From Amoebophrya sp. A120 (taxonomy: Eukaryota > Protista > Dinoflagellata), in assembly GCA_905178155.1 (NCBI GenBank), contig CAJINV010000015.1, positions 1,336,513 through 1,400,512 on the forward strand: a stretch of DNA of 64,000 bases, read 5' to 3'. Positions within the stretch are counted from its first letter, which is position 1. The number at the start of each line of letters is the position of its first letter. Shown piece after piece: positions 23,373-34,536 of the stretch. The position numbers and the translations under genes are program-made. The notes under the pieces are model-generated. The model did not search any database. It had not been told where the DNA came from and saw only the letters and a program-made list of their open reading frames with translations.

Positions 23373-25658
23373 ATGCCGTTGCCTACCGAGGCTGACGTAC
23401 ATAATGTACTGAAACGGGTCGAGTGCGACTCTATTCGTGAGCATCCGTTTGATACCGTGCAACACTTACCTAACCCGGCCAATTTATCTCGTGAATCACT
23501 CACACAGCAGCACAACTTAGTAAAAAAATGGTCAGAAGAGACTCGTGAGCGATCAAGCGCAATCTTTGCGTCCATCGACGAGGAGATCAGGAAGCCGCAG
23601 GTGTGTAAGCACCTGGGCTTATGGGAGCTGCTTGGTGCGAAGTATCATTGCACAGACCCGCTCGCATGGACAGTGTGGCGCGACGGGCTGGCAATGATAG
23701 GGAGATGCGAGGTAGACGAGTCCTGGTCACCGCGGAAAAAGCGGGACAAAATGAACGGCCGCGAAGAGGATTTTGTTCCTAGCAAGGTGGTGCAGGACAT
23801 CCTCGATGGGAGACACAAAAAACCGGCGTGGTCCGACGAGTTGATCAAATTCACCTGGGACAGGTGTCTGGAGGAGACGAAAATTGTGCCGGAGCTTGGG
23901 TGCGAGCTCCTAAGAGGGCCGCACCCAATTGCGGAGGACATTGTGACCAATGAGGAGGAAAGGATGAAAATCTACTACGGGTGCAGACGGTTCCCGCGTG
24001 TGCAGCCGAAGAAAATCAGAATGATCGACCCGGCGGTTTCTGCAAACGCCTGTTCACCGCTGGATAAGCGTGTGCCGATTCCTGGGGCTTTGGACGTGCT
24101 CGCAAATGCAGCAGCGGCGCGCGATCCTTCCGTTTGCGGTATGAAGATTGTGAAGCACAACAAGCGGATACTCCAAAAATGTAGAGGTGCAGAAAAACGG
24201 TACGAAGCCCAATTTGTGAAGATTGTGAAGAAGGAATTGCGGCAAATGGATGCGGATTTGATAAAAGAGTGCGCAGTACAGCCGAAGTACGAGGAGAAGC
24301 CAGTGTTCAGCAGTGAAGGGCTATCCAACAGGAAGAAGCGGAGGTTAGAGAACACGGCTCTCAACGAGTTGGAGTGCGTCTTGTTGGACATCGCGAAATG
24401 TTACAACAGCCTGATGGTTAAAGTCCAGCACCGGAAGTACAACACGGTGCTCGCGTACAACCCCGAGGTGGGCAGGTACTTCCGCTTCGAAGCTGTGTCT
24501 GCCATCTTCGGCAGCAGACACAGCGTCACCGGCTGGTGCCGGCCGGGCAAGCTGCTGCGGTCGGTGTTGAGGAAACATTATTTCCTCAACTCGGAGGATT
24601 ACGTGGACGACTACCCCAATTGGGTGCCCAAGGGGCTCGGCGGCCTGGTCCGCGACTACTTGCTCGAGCTCCTGAAGCTACTGGGGCTTCCGGCGATGAA
24701 CGATAAGATACAAGTCGCCGACCTCCTGGAGGTGTTGGGACTCCTTTTTGATGTTCGCGGCGACAAGCCGACTGTTGCTGTCACCGAGCAGAAAAAAGCG
24801 CAGATCATCGCCACCTGCGATGCTGCGTTGTCCACGCTCTGGCTGGATGAACCCACGGCAAACGAATTGGTGGGGCGACTGACGTTTGCGCTAGCCGCGG
24901 TGGCGGATCGGGCCCTAAGCCCGCTGCTGAAGCCCATCCGCAGGCACCTCTCGAAGCAGGAGACGGCAGTAACGCAGGCGGTGGCCAGCGCGTTGCACGC
25001 GGTCAAGGAAGTAATGAAGCTTCCGCTCAAAAGGAGCGTGTCCTTCGAGCCGACTTCCAGCAAAAGCGCCTTGCTCTACACCGACGCACAATGGTCAAAT
25101 AAAAAAGGTGTTTTGGCTGCTGTGTACGTCGAAAGTGGCGTGTTCAAGTGCGTGCGGCAGCACGTGTGGGCAGACCTGCTGCGCCCGGACTTCGCGTTGT
25201 TTCCGATTAACGTCTTGGAAACCGCCGTGGCACCGCTTGCCCTGATGTACTTCGCCAAGGATCTGGCGGGCAAGCGGTTCGACCACGCCATTGATAACAC
25301 CTGCGCGCAGGAGAGTCTCCTGGCGCAGGGGAAAAGCGGGAAGCAGAAGTGGGTGTTTACTAGGTTGTGCGCGGAGTTTTGGACCATCTCCGCCATGCAC
25401 GACATGAAGCCGTGGAACACCCGGGTGCCGTCAGATTACAATCTGGCGGACTACCCGACCCGGGATGAAAAAATGGATGTGTTGTTGCGTGTGTTTCCTA
25501 GTCTTTTTTCAGAAATCAGTGAGTCTTTCCACATGGATACATATTTCAAGAAGATTCTCAAAGGAGATGTGTCGCAAAATGTGCATAAGCTCGCGTGTGT
25601 GTTGGCCGGTGACGAAGACACGGACCCTGGTGTGTCATCTGATGATGATCTTGTGTAG
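23373..25658 (+). CDS. Reverse transcriptase / RNase H (DIRS-like pol)
   Basis: LLDIAKCYN, AIFGSRHS, EDYVDDYP; LLYTDA, INVLETA, AIDNT, NLADYPTR. Confidence 0.93.
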   Translation: MPLPTEADVHNVLKRVECDSIREHPFDTVQHLPNPANLSRESLTQQHNLVKKWSEETRERSSAIFASIDEEIRKPQVCKHLGLWELLGAKYHCTDPLAWTVWRDGLAMIGRCEVDESWSPRKKRDKMNGREEDFVPSKVVQDILDGRHKKPAWSDELIKFTWDRCLEETKIVPELGCELLRGPHPIAEDIVTNEEERMKIYYGCRRFPRVQPKKIRMIDPAVSANACSPLDKRVPIPGALDVLANAAAARDPSVCGMKIVKHNKRILQKCRGAEKRYEAQFVKIVKKELRQMDADLIKECAVQPKYEEKPVFSSEGLSNRKKRRLENTALNELECVLLDIAKCYNSLMVKVQHRKYNTVLAYNPEVGRYFRFEAVSAIFGSRHSVTGWCRPGKLLRSVLRKHYFLNSEDYVDDYPNWVPKGLGGLVRDYLLELLKLLGLPAMNDKIQVADLLEVLGLLFDVRGDKPTVAVTEQKKAQIIATCDAALSTLWLDEPTANELVGRLTFALAAVADRALSPLLKPIRRHLSKQETAVTQAVASALHAVKEVMKLPLKRSVSFEPTSSKSALLYTDAQWSNKKGVLAAVYVESGVFKCVRQHVWADLLRPDFALFPINVLETAVAPLALMYFAKDLAGKRFDHAIDNTCAQESLLAQGKSGKQKWVFTRLCAEFWTISAMHDMKPWNTRVPSDYNLADYPTRDEKMDVLLRVFPSLFSEISESFHMDTYFKKILKGDVSQNVHKLACVLAGDEDTDPGVSSDDDLV

Positions 25659-25919
25659 AATGTGACTCATCTCTCTGTTTTTTTTGTGAAAAAATGTGGC
25701 TTACATGTGAACGCAGTGTGCTAGTTATCTCAGGTCTGTTTGCACAGGTTGCTTGTGACTCAAGGTCAGTGGTGGTTGGTGTCGATACTACCGCTTTGCG
25801 CGCCGATAGCATGTTCTATCGCGGTGCACTACTTCGACGTGCTTGTGCGGTTCTGCGTTGTGACATCGTCTGTGACGCCTTTGTGCTTTCGCGTGTTGCA
25901 TCCGTGGTTGTGTTGGAGC

Positions 25920-26086
25920 GGGGCCTCCCGGTTTCGTATCGAGCGTGCGCTCGATCCAGGCGTCAGCAGCTCGCTGTCTCTGCGCAGCGTCCGCGCAGGC
26001 GCTCGTCGAGTTCGTGGGACCAGACGGTAGTTGTACACCAGTACACCAAAGTGTAAGAGAGTAAAAGAAGAAAGACGAGAAAAGAA
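25920..26086 (+). repeat. Split direct repeat B2 of element 2
   Basis: Near-identical to 19129-19295. Confidence 0.92.
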
Positions 26087-28986
26087 ATTTTGGAAATTCC
26101 GAAGAATCGTACATGTATGCGCGTAGCTGCTGCGTGTTTGCTTTGAACGAATAACGCAAGTAATAAGTGTGCACAGATTTGCGCGAGCTTTTATATATTT
26201 TCACGGATTTTTGGCCATCTTTTGCATTCTCCTCATTTTTGAAATTTTTGGGATTTTGGAAAATCGAGCCCAGATGTCTTCGATGTGATCTTATGAGGGT
26301 TAGCGGATAAAAAGAGCATGCAAAATCATGAAAAACAAGCGCAATTGCCGCTATTTCTGGCCGGATCCTCCCGCCCGGGCACCGCAGTCGTCGTCGGCGA
26401 GGCCCGCGGATCTCTAGGCTTTTGGGAAAGCGGGCCAGATGCTGCAAGTTTGGCGCCAATGGGCCCCCACCAGCGACAAAGGCTGTGAGACGCCGTACGC
26501 AGGCCGCCCGGTGAAGCACTTTGGCCCGGGGCCCGGCAGCGTAGTCGCGTTCGCCCAGGTGGTCGGCTTTTGGGCTTTTTTAAAGATTTCCGCTGTCCTT
26601 GCCCGGGCCGCCCTTCTCGTCGGTCCATGCTCGCCCGCAGACACGGTTTCCGGCGGTGCTATTTTTGAAAGTTTGCCTGTGCAACGCATTCTGTAATCGG
26701 CCGCCTGCAATACAAAAGGGGGCCATAGCTACGGAATATGGCTCCGTAGCGCTATTTTTAAGCGGGACCCGGAGCCGAGACAGGATGGCCCTCGCACGCG
26801 GCCGTTCCGGATTCTCGGGGTTTTTAGGAACTAGGCTTGGGACAACATCCCGTGGGGCTTTAATCGGGCCCCGCTGCGGAAACGGGTCGGCAGGGTCTGC
26901 GACTTTTCATGGGGTCCGGGAGCCGGGGTGGCGCCGCACTTCCCGCGCGCGCCGCGGCTGCGAATTTCCAGGCCTTTCAAAAGCGATGCCGGATGCGGCC
27001 AAGCCGGTGCGCGTGCTATCTCAGCAACCCGCACGCCCCGCAGTGCCCGCTTGGCCAGTAATGGAATAAAGTGCGAAGCCTGGAGCCGCGGCGGCAGCCG
27101 GTTTGGGTACCTGCTTGGCCTTGGCGGCCGCGGATGTCCGAAACGGTACCCGCTCGCATGTAGGGGCGCGGGTTTTGGGTGGAGCTTTAATAAGCTCCAG
27201 CCGACAAGGCGGCCGGCCTTAATCAGCTCCCGCCAATGGTGACAAGAGGGCGCAGATGCACGAGCGGGGCGCCCCACGGCGCTATTTTCCGCCGCTCCTC
27301 GCGCCGGACCCGGCCGGGCCCGGCACGGCTAGCTGTTTGGCCTTCGCGCTGGCTAGGGACGGCTTCCGGGCATTTGGTGCACGGTTAGCAGCGGAGACCC
27401 ACATGGCCGCGGAGGGGTAACACTTACTTCAGGGGCGGGCGTGGAAGCACGTTGCCAAGCGTCCCTCCGCGGGGGGGGGGGGTGGCGCGAAAAAATTTTC
27501 CGCTCCACCCTGATTCTTTCTACCGGCGCACGCCCGGCTATTTTTCATCGTGTAGCTTTTCATAGTTCCAACCTCTTCATCTCATGCGATCTACCGCACG
27601 GCCGGCGTTATCGGTTTTGTGCCGGAGTAGATTGAAAGCCGTTTCCTGTGCTCGTCCAAGATAAACCAAATCGGTCGACGCTACCGGTCGGGTTGACCAC
27701 CGTTCTACTTTGCGCTGGTCGTGCAGTAAGAGAGACTAAAGCTTTTCAGCGCAGCGAGGTCCTTTTTCGGTTCGGTCACGTGTGATCGTGTCTACGAGAG
27801 CGGAGTGCGACAACTTATTACACCCGGCTCGCTTTATTTCCGTTTCAAATTTCGGTATATGTGCCAATTAGACTTTTCCTCCCCTGCGTTATCGCGTCCT
27901 GCAACAAAAAATTTTCGGTTTGATGTCGTGCAAGAACATGCTGGTGCGACAAAGGTAGCACTACATCGGTCCTGCTCGTGCGAAATGCGTCTCGGTCGTC
28001 CTCGTACAAAATTCTCGTCGGTCCAGTTTTTCGTCCGAAAAAACTCGTACAACCTCGGCGCTACGCGTTTCTCGTCCGAAAGAAAGTTTGCAACTCGTCA
28101 TTTTTGCATGCGCAGTACGGTAATTTACTAGTTTTCTCCAACCCCTTGCTCACGATCCGCACTGCTGGACAAAAGGCAAAAATTTAATTATACCGACGAC
28201 AACAACAGGAAGGCGCTCCTACCTCGACAAACCATAATTGAAGACGACTGATTATACCGTTCACCGAAAACTCTACCTTGTTTATCATTTTTCCCCTCCC
28301 CTTTAATTTCCTTCCAACATCGATTTCTGATTTTCCCAGCTCGGCGGAGCAAAAATCCGGAATTTCAATCTTTCACGGTGACACTCTGTCCGCGGAAGAA
28401 CGTTATTGTACTATACGGTCGTGTAGCAATTTGAAAATAACACTGCGGGCGGCAGTGGATCACTTTTGTACTTGATTTATCTTCCGCGTGACTAAGGCTA
28501 CGGCGTGTTTCTATTTAAGCATTTTCCTTTTCTTCGACGGCTTGATTGATTTAATTGTTTGAACAGCTAAAGAGTTTTTTCTATTTCCGAGACCCGTACT
28601 GTAACGTCTCCAAGCGGTGGTCTATCCGTGCGGAGCAGAAGGCCAACAACTGTCTCGAGCATTTCCAGACAAGCGAATTTTTAACTACAACCGGAGCCAA
28701 ATTCATTTCTCTTCGTTTCTCCTCCCCGGAGCGGCCGTTGAGAATTGGTGAAATCGCTTTCAGAATTAACGAAAAGAACATCACGACATCTAACGAACAC
28801 GAAACTAAACGAACACCTAACGACAGAATTCTTTTTTACCCCCGTGTGCTGGTCCTATTTGTGTAAAATAAAACCAAGAAGTGCTGTTGTATTGTAACCC
28901 GCGGTGGTTGTACTAGTTGGAGAAAAACTAAGACAAGAAGACAAGCAGGTCGCGACGCTGGGAACAACAACACGGAGAAGTGGATC

Positions 28987-31900
28987 ATGTCGCAGTACGG
29001 AGCTGCGACCGCGAGCGGGAACAATCCCGCGACAGGCGCGCCAGGAAATGCCGCAAACTGGGACTGGGAAGACTTCTACAAGAATTACGAATTTTATCTC
29101 CAGTATGCAAACACGAGCGGGGGCCAACACGACGGTGCTCAACAAAATGCGGCGAATAAACCTAGTACCCCGGCGAATCACCAGCCGCTGGTGAAGGACC
29201 ACATCCCCCTGCAATTCAAGCCTTTTGAAGCGGACTTGAAAAAGTTCCCGAACTTTTACGACAAGGCGAATTGGTGGAACAAAAACGGCGGGTCGAATAA
29301 CGCAGCGCAGAAGGGAGGCAAAAACAATAATTCGGACTGGGATCTGAACCGCTACGACACTCCGGGCGCGATGACCAAGGGAAATAAAAACACCGGGGAC
29401 AAAAACAACTACAACGACCACTACAATTCCAACCACAACAATACTAGTTCCTATGGAAACAGCGCGTACAACTACGGGAGCAGTAATTCAAATTCTTCAT
29501 CCGATCCTTACCAGCACAAGGGTGTGAACAATTCTGCTTTTGGCGGCCAGGGGTACGGAAAAGGATCATCGTCTAATGGCGGCTCCTCGGGCAAGGATTG
29601 GGCCAGCGGTATGGATCATTACAAGAGCAGTACTAACTCCTATCACAAAGGCGGTGGCGGTGGGCCGTACGACAAGGGTTATTACGACAAAAACAACTAT
29701 ACGGGAACCACCTACGGCGGTAATGCGCCAGCCGGCTATAATTCATCCAAGGGCAATGTTGACTATGGGAAGGGAGACTACGGCAAGGGTGACTACTACG
29801 CCAAGGGAAGCAAGGCCGGTCTTGGCGGTGGTGGTACTGCTGGTGCTGCTTCTGTGGACCAACAGTATTCGTCACACCAACCAGGAGCGAGTGCAGCCAC
29901 CAGCACTGTTCAGCAGCAGCAGCAGAACCACTACGCTTCCGGGTTCGAGGCGGGCCTAGCAGCGGCGAAGGAGTTGCTGGAGAAGCAGAAACATTTGGAG
30001 GAAAGCGTGCTAGCCTTGAAGGCGACGCTTGGACAACAGCAGCAGCAGCAAAACGGGGCGACGACGACTGCAGTGGGAGCTGCAAACACCGCGGGAACTG
30101 CTGCGAACGTCCTCGCTTCGGCGGTCTCCGCGTCCTCCTCGGCCACGTCCAGCGCCAGCAGTTCCCCTTTCATCGCTGCGCAGTCCGTCGCGCGGCCCGC
30201 GGAACTCGCACCACCCTCTGCGGTGAACGCGATCGCGGCCAATGGGCAGGCGAACAAGATGAACAAAACTCCGGAAAATTATAACTCCGGTCGCCCAGCG
30301 GTCGGTGATCATGCCATCAAAGGTGGGTACATGAACAACGACGGCAATCTCGAGAAGGAGCTGCAGCAGAAATTAAACACCCCCTCGCACATCCCCGCGA
30401 CGCTTTTGCAGTTTTGCCAACCCGTGGATAGCACTAGCAGTGGCCAAAATGCGAATAACGGTGAGGAGGATCAAGTGACAGCTTCCAGTTCCAACAAAAC
30501 TGCAGCGAACAACACCAAGGCATCTACTTCTGGTGATTTGCTGTTCAACCTGTCCAACCTGGTCCAGCAACCGAAAAAAAAGCAGTGGCCGGAGAGTACT
30601 CGGACCAAGGAACATGAGAATTACCGGGGGTTCAATGCTTTTGAAGAGCGGATTAAGCACCAGGTCGATCAAAGAATCCACGCGTGGAACCGGACGATGA
30701 TCGAAAAAACCGGCCAGGGAGTACCAACGGAAATAACAAACGAGGTGGCGAAGCAGATTGTGTGGAAACAGCAGCAGGCCGTAGCCGCGGCCCAACAGGT
30801 TTGGCAGGAGAAGAACAACGGGACTGCAATGAATTATCAAAGGCAAAAATGTCTGGGTCTGGAACAAAGCAGCTTGTCATGCTAAATCTGAATCGTGTAA
30901 AAATCTGTGTTGCGTGATTGCCAAAAGCTGTCCACTTCTGACCTAATCGCGAGGCAGTTTCTCATGCAGGATAGACATGGTAGAACTCTCACAGAATCTG
31001 TAATGCTATGTCCTACATGCCAGACCTCATGGGTCATGGAAAACCTGCATGACAAGTCTGGCATTCATCCAGACCCAGACATTTTTGCATTTGATATGAA
31101 TCACCATGGTACTACAACTACATCAAACAATCCGGTAGCAAACACGTTCAACACCAGTTTTAACTTTTTCGGCAACAAAAATACCGACAACCGCTATGTC
31201 CCGGGTCAGCTGGTCACGATGAAAAGCGGGGTGGCTGGGGGTCAACATCATCTCCCCGGGACAGCGAAGACGGATACGGAACCGAAGAAAGACTCGACCT
31301 TGCCGATTGTAAAAGATCCGTCGACCTTAACTCGGGACTCCGAGTCGAATACTTCCAAGGATGGCATGATGAACAACGTTAAATCTGCGGCGTCGAGCTC
31401 GTCCGGGAAACTGTCCGTGTCTGGCAAAAATGCCGCGGTCCCAACCGTCGCACCACCGCCACCGCCTCCGCCACCAAGCGCGCCGCTGCAATTATCTTCG
31501 CCCCAGACCCAGCAAGCCGCTCGGCGGCTCGCTGAACAAGCGCAGAAGTCTACGCAGTCGCAGGCGATCGCGGTGCAGCAGGCGGCGGCGCAGAGGGAAC
31601 TGATGAAAGCGATGGTGGCAAAAGACACTACCGAAGAAGTTCCGCCGCCCCCTCCACCTTTGTCCTCCGATGCGTTCAACAAGATTTACGACAACCACCA
31701 GCGCTTCCAACAGGCTGCCGCGGGCGTGGACGCGGCGAAACAGTACGTTGGCGAGCAGGTAGGTGGTGCATCCACCACAAACCACGTCTCTTTGATGCAG
31801 CAGCAAAAGGACCAGAATGCTGCGCAGAAGCAGTTCGCTGCGGCTTACGGGGCTTTGGCGTCGTATTACCGTGGGAATACGTACGTCGAGCCGGGCTTGT

Positions 31901-34536
31901 ATAAGCAGTTCTTGCAAAATAAGATGCTGCTGGAAAAAAGGCTGAAGGAGGAAATGCTGCTGCAGGGACACGGAGCTGCGGCAGAAGGTGGAGTTGCTGG
32001 CAACGGCACAACAAGCTCTTGTTGCGCGAAAAGCAGTTGCTGCGCTCCCTCCACTTCTACTGCGCCGACGATCCCGCCGCCGGTGCTACCCGGAAGCTGC
32101 ACTACGTCTACTTCCGCTACCGCGACCACTTCTGCCACCTCCAGCGCCGCAACAGTCTCCGACATGTGGGAGCAGCGGAGCAGCGCGGCCTCTCTCTGGG
32201 AGAATCAAAATAATGCGCAGCAGAAGAGCAATGGCGAACCGTCTACCGTGAAAAACCCCTTCGCAGGTTACTGGGACCAACGCGCGGTGAGTCCTGTGAG
32301 AGCACCAGCAGCAGCAGCTTCTACTGGTACTGCTGCTGCTTCCCCGCCAACCGTTCCGCCGCCGAGCATGAAAGTTCCAGAAAACAACAGCAACAATAAT
32401 ACCAAGAGCAACAATTTCTTCTCCGCGTTCTCCTCTGTTACCAATTCTCCATCCTCGCAGCAACTAACTCTCTCCCCGAGCCAGTCGCAGCTCTTGAATC
32501 TTCCGAAATCGATCAATGGGGAGGAGCAGATCGTGTTGAAGGGGTTTTTGAAACCGGTTTTGTTAGAAGAGATGCGCCACGTGATCCGGATTGTGGAGCA
32601 AACCGTCATGAATTTCTGCAATGTGCAGTTCTGCCCCGAAAAGCGACTCCCGCCCGGGTTTGAGCCCACAACTTCGGAGGACGACGGAAATAATTCCGCA
32701 AGCAGTAAATTGTCGAGCAAGAAACCCTCTGGTGTTGCAAGCAGCGGGGATAATAGCAGCAAGAGCAACGCAAGAAATAAGCCTATTTACAACGCGTTTA
32801 ACCCGGTCGTGGTAAGCGACGCCGATTTCGGAAAAGACTTGGAGGAACAACTGACCCAAAAATTGCAATCCTCCACGTCCGACGAAACGGTTGCTGTATC
32901 TACTTCCAGCGCGACGAAAAACAACAACGACGAGGAGCAAGGAAACTCCAATACCGGATCCAAAAAGCATGCTTGTGCCGTGTCGGAGACCGGAAACATC
33001 GAGCAGCCCGTCGTGGAAGAAGAAATCGAGCCGCAAACCGACCGCGCGGAGCCCATTCCTTCCGTGATTGCCAAAACTACGCCGGGGAAATTGAAATGGA
33101 CAGTCGAGGCGGAGTTTGACTCTGAGGCGAAAACGGTTTCCTGGAAGGATTTACACTTGGTGGATCATACCAGTAATTCTTCTATCGCGACGACGAAGCA
33201 TGTTTACGTTTCCTCGATCAAATTTGATTTCAACCCGCAGTTCACCTGCGGCATTTCCGTGCCGCAGCCGCCAAATAGTGGGAATAATTCCCCGTCGAAC
33301 TTGCCGGGAAACAACAAGTCTCCTACTTCGAGCACTAACGGCAACACTTCCAATCTCCTCGCCGATTGCATTCGGAACCGGCTCCGGTCCAACCGGCAGA
33401 TTGTGGTGAATATCACGGAGATTCTGCTCAAACAGGACCGCACCGGGGTCGACTGGGATTCGAAGCAGATGGGCTGGATGAATTATTCGAAAATGGACGC
33501 GAAGGACCAATTGCACTACTATCTGAAGTATCAAATGCAAATATGTCTGGGTCTGGAAGAGTGCGCGATTTGTCATGCCGCTTTTCCATGACCCCTGAGG
33601 TTTGGAATGCAGGACCTAGCATGACAGATTCTGCGCCATCTCTCTCATGCCTATCCTGCACGAGAAACTCCCTCCCGACTTGGTCAAAGCTGGACGACTT
33701 TTGGTAATCACGCAACACAGATTTTTGCATGCTTCAGATTTAGCATAACAAGTTGCATTCTTCCCGACCCAGACATTTTTGCATTTGATATCAAGTCGAA
33801 TTTCTTCACGAAACGGAACATGAAGGACAATTCGGTCTTTTTGAAGTTGAGAAACAACGAATCTGCGGTGCTGCACGTGTTCCAGATGCTGGAATCTACT
33901 TTGTTTGAATCGAACTCCAGCAACTCGACCGGCGTAGGGCAAAATTCCGCCAACGCTTCGTCTGCCAGCTCGAATTCCGGTGATGTGAATGTTGCACCTG
34001 TTGCTCCGGCGACGAGTGCGCTGACAGCTGCTGCGAACACCGCTTCCACCGCTTATTTCGATCCAAATACTGGCTTCGTTCCCCGGATCGAGCCAGTTGC
34101 TAGCGCAAACACGCCTCGGAGTGGGCGGGACAACGGCCAACAGCAGCAGTCCTCTACGTTAGACGACTACGAGTCGGTCATGGCCGCTTTTCTGTCCACT
34201 GCGGGCGCGGATGGGAGTGGGATTGTGCCGAGAGTGGCCGCAACTGGCGCAGTGGCCGCTGCTCCGACGATTGCGGAGTCGAGACATTCTGGTGACCACC
34301 CAGCGGATATGACCAACTTGAACCCAAGGGAGTTGTTGGTTTCTGCATTATCAAACTACCAAACGCAGTTGTCCATCCGAAACGATTTTCTCGGCGAATT
34401 CTACGAGGATTTGTGGGAGCGGAAGGACATTTCCCGGAAGCGGAACCAAGCAGTTTCGATCTCGTTCGAGCAAACCGGCGTGGTGAAAAGTTTGCACTAC
34501 CACACCCGGAGCTTTCAAGTCGTGGGGAGCCCATAA
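28987..34536 (+). CDS. Large low-complexity (N/Q/G/Y/S/P-rich) protein of unknown function, ~1670 aa
   Basis: ORFs 28987, 30907 and 33820 are in the same frame. Removing each introner plus one TSD copy (267 bp each) gives one continuous ORF. Confidence 0.75.
30835..31096. mobile_element. TIR introner, family A
   Basis: TIRs; TSD TGAAT. Confidence 0.92.
33529..33790. mobile_element. TIR introner, family A (opposite orientation to 30835)
   Basis: TIRs; TSD TGAAG/TCAAG. Confidence 0.92.

Larger units (their letters stand above)
18253..26086 (+). mobile_element. Tyrosine-recombinase (DIRS-order) retrotransposon, copy 2 (apparently intact)
   Basis: A1 18253-18416, B1 19129-19293 abutting A2 19294-19457, then YR, spliced gag-like, RT/RNase H and B2 25920-26086. 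No target-site duplication beyond an AA overlap. Confidence 0.93.

Noticed and set aside
10054-26086. One giant inverted-repeat element or an inverted segmental duplication
   Set aside because: The halves are clearly diverged in protein and DNA, and each has its own self-matching A/B repeats, so they are two independent elements.
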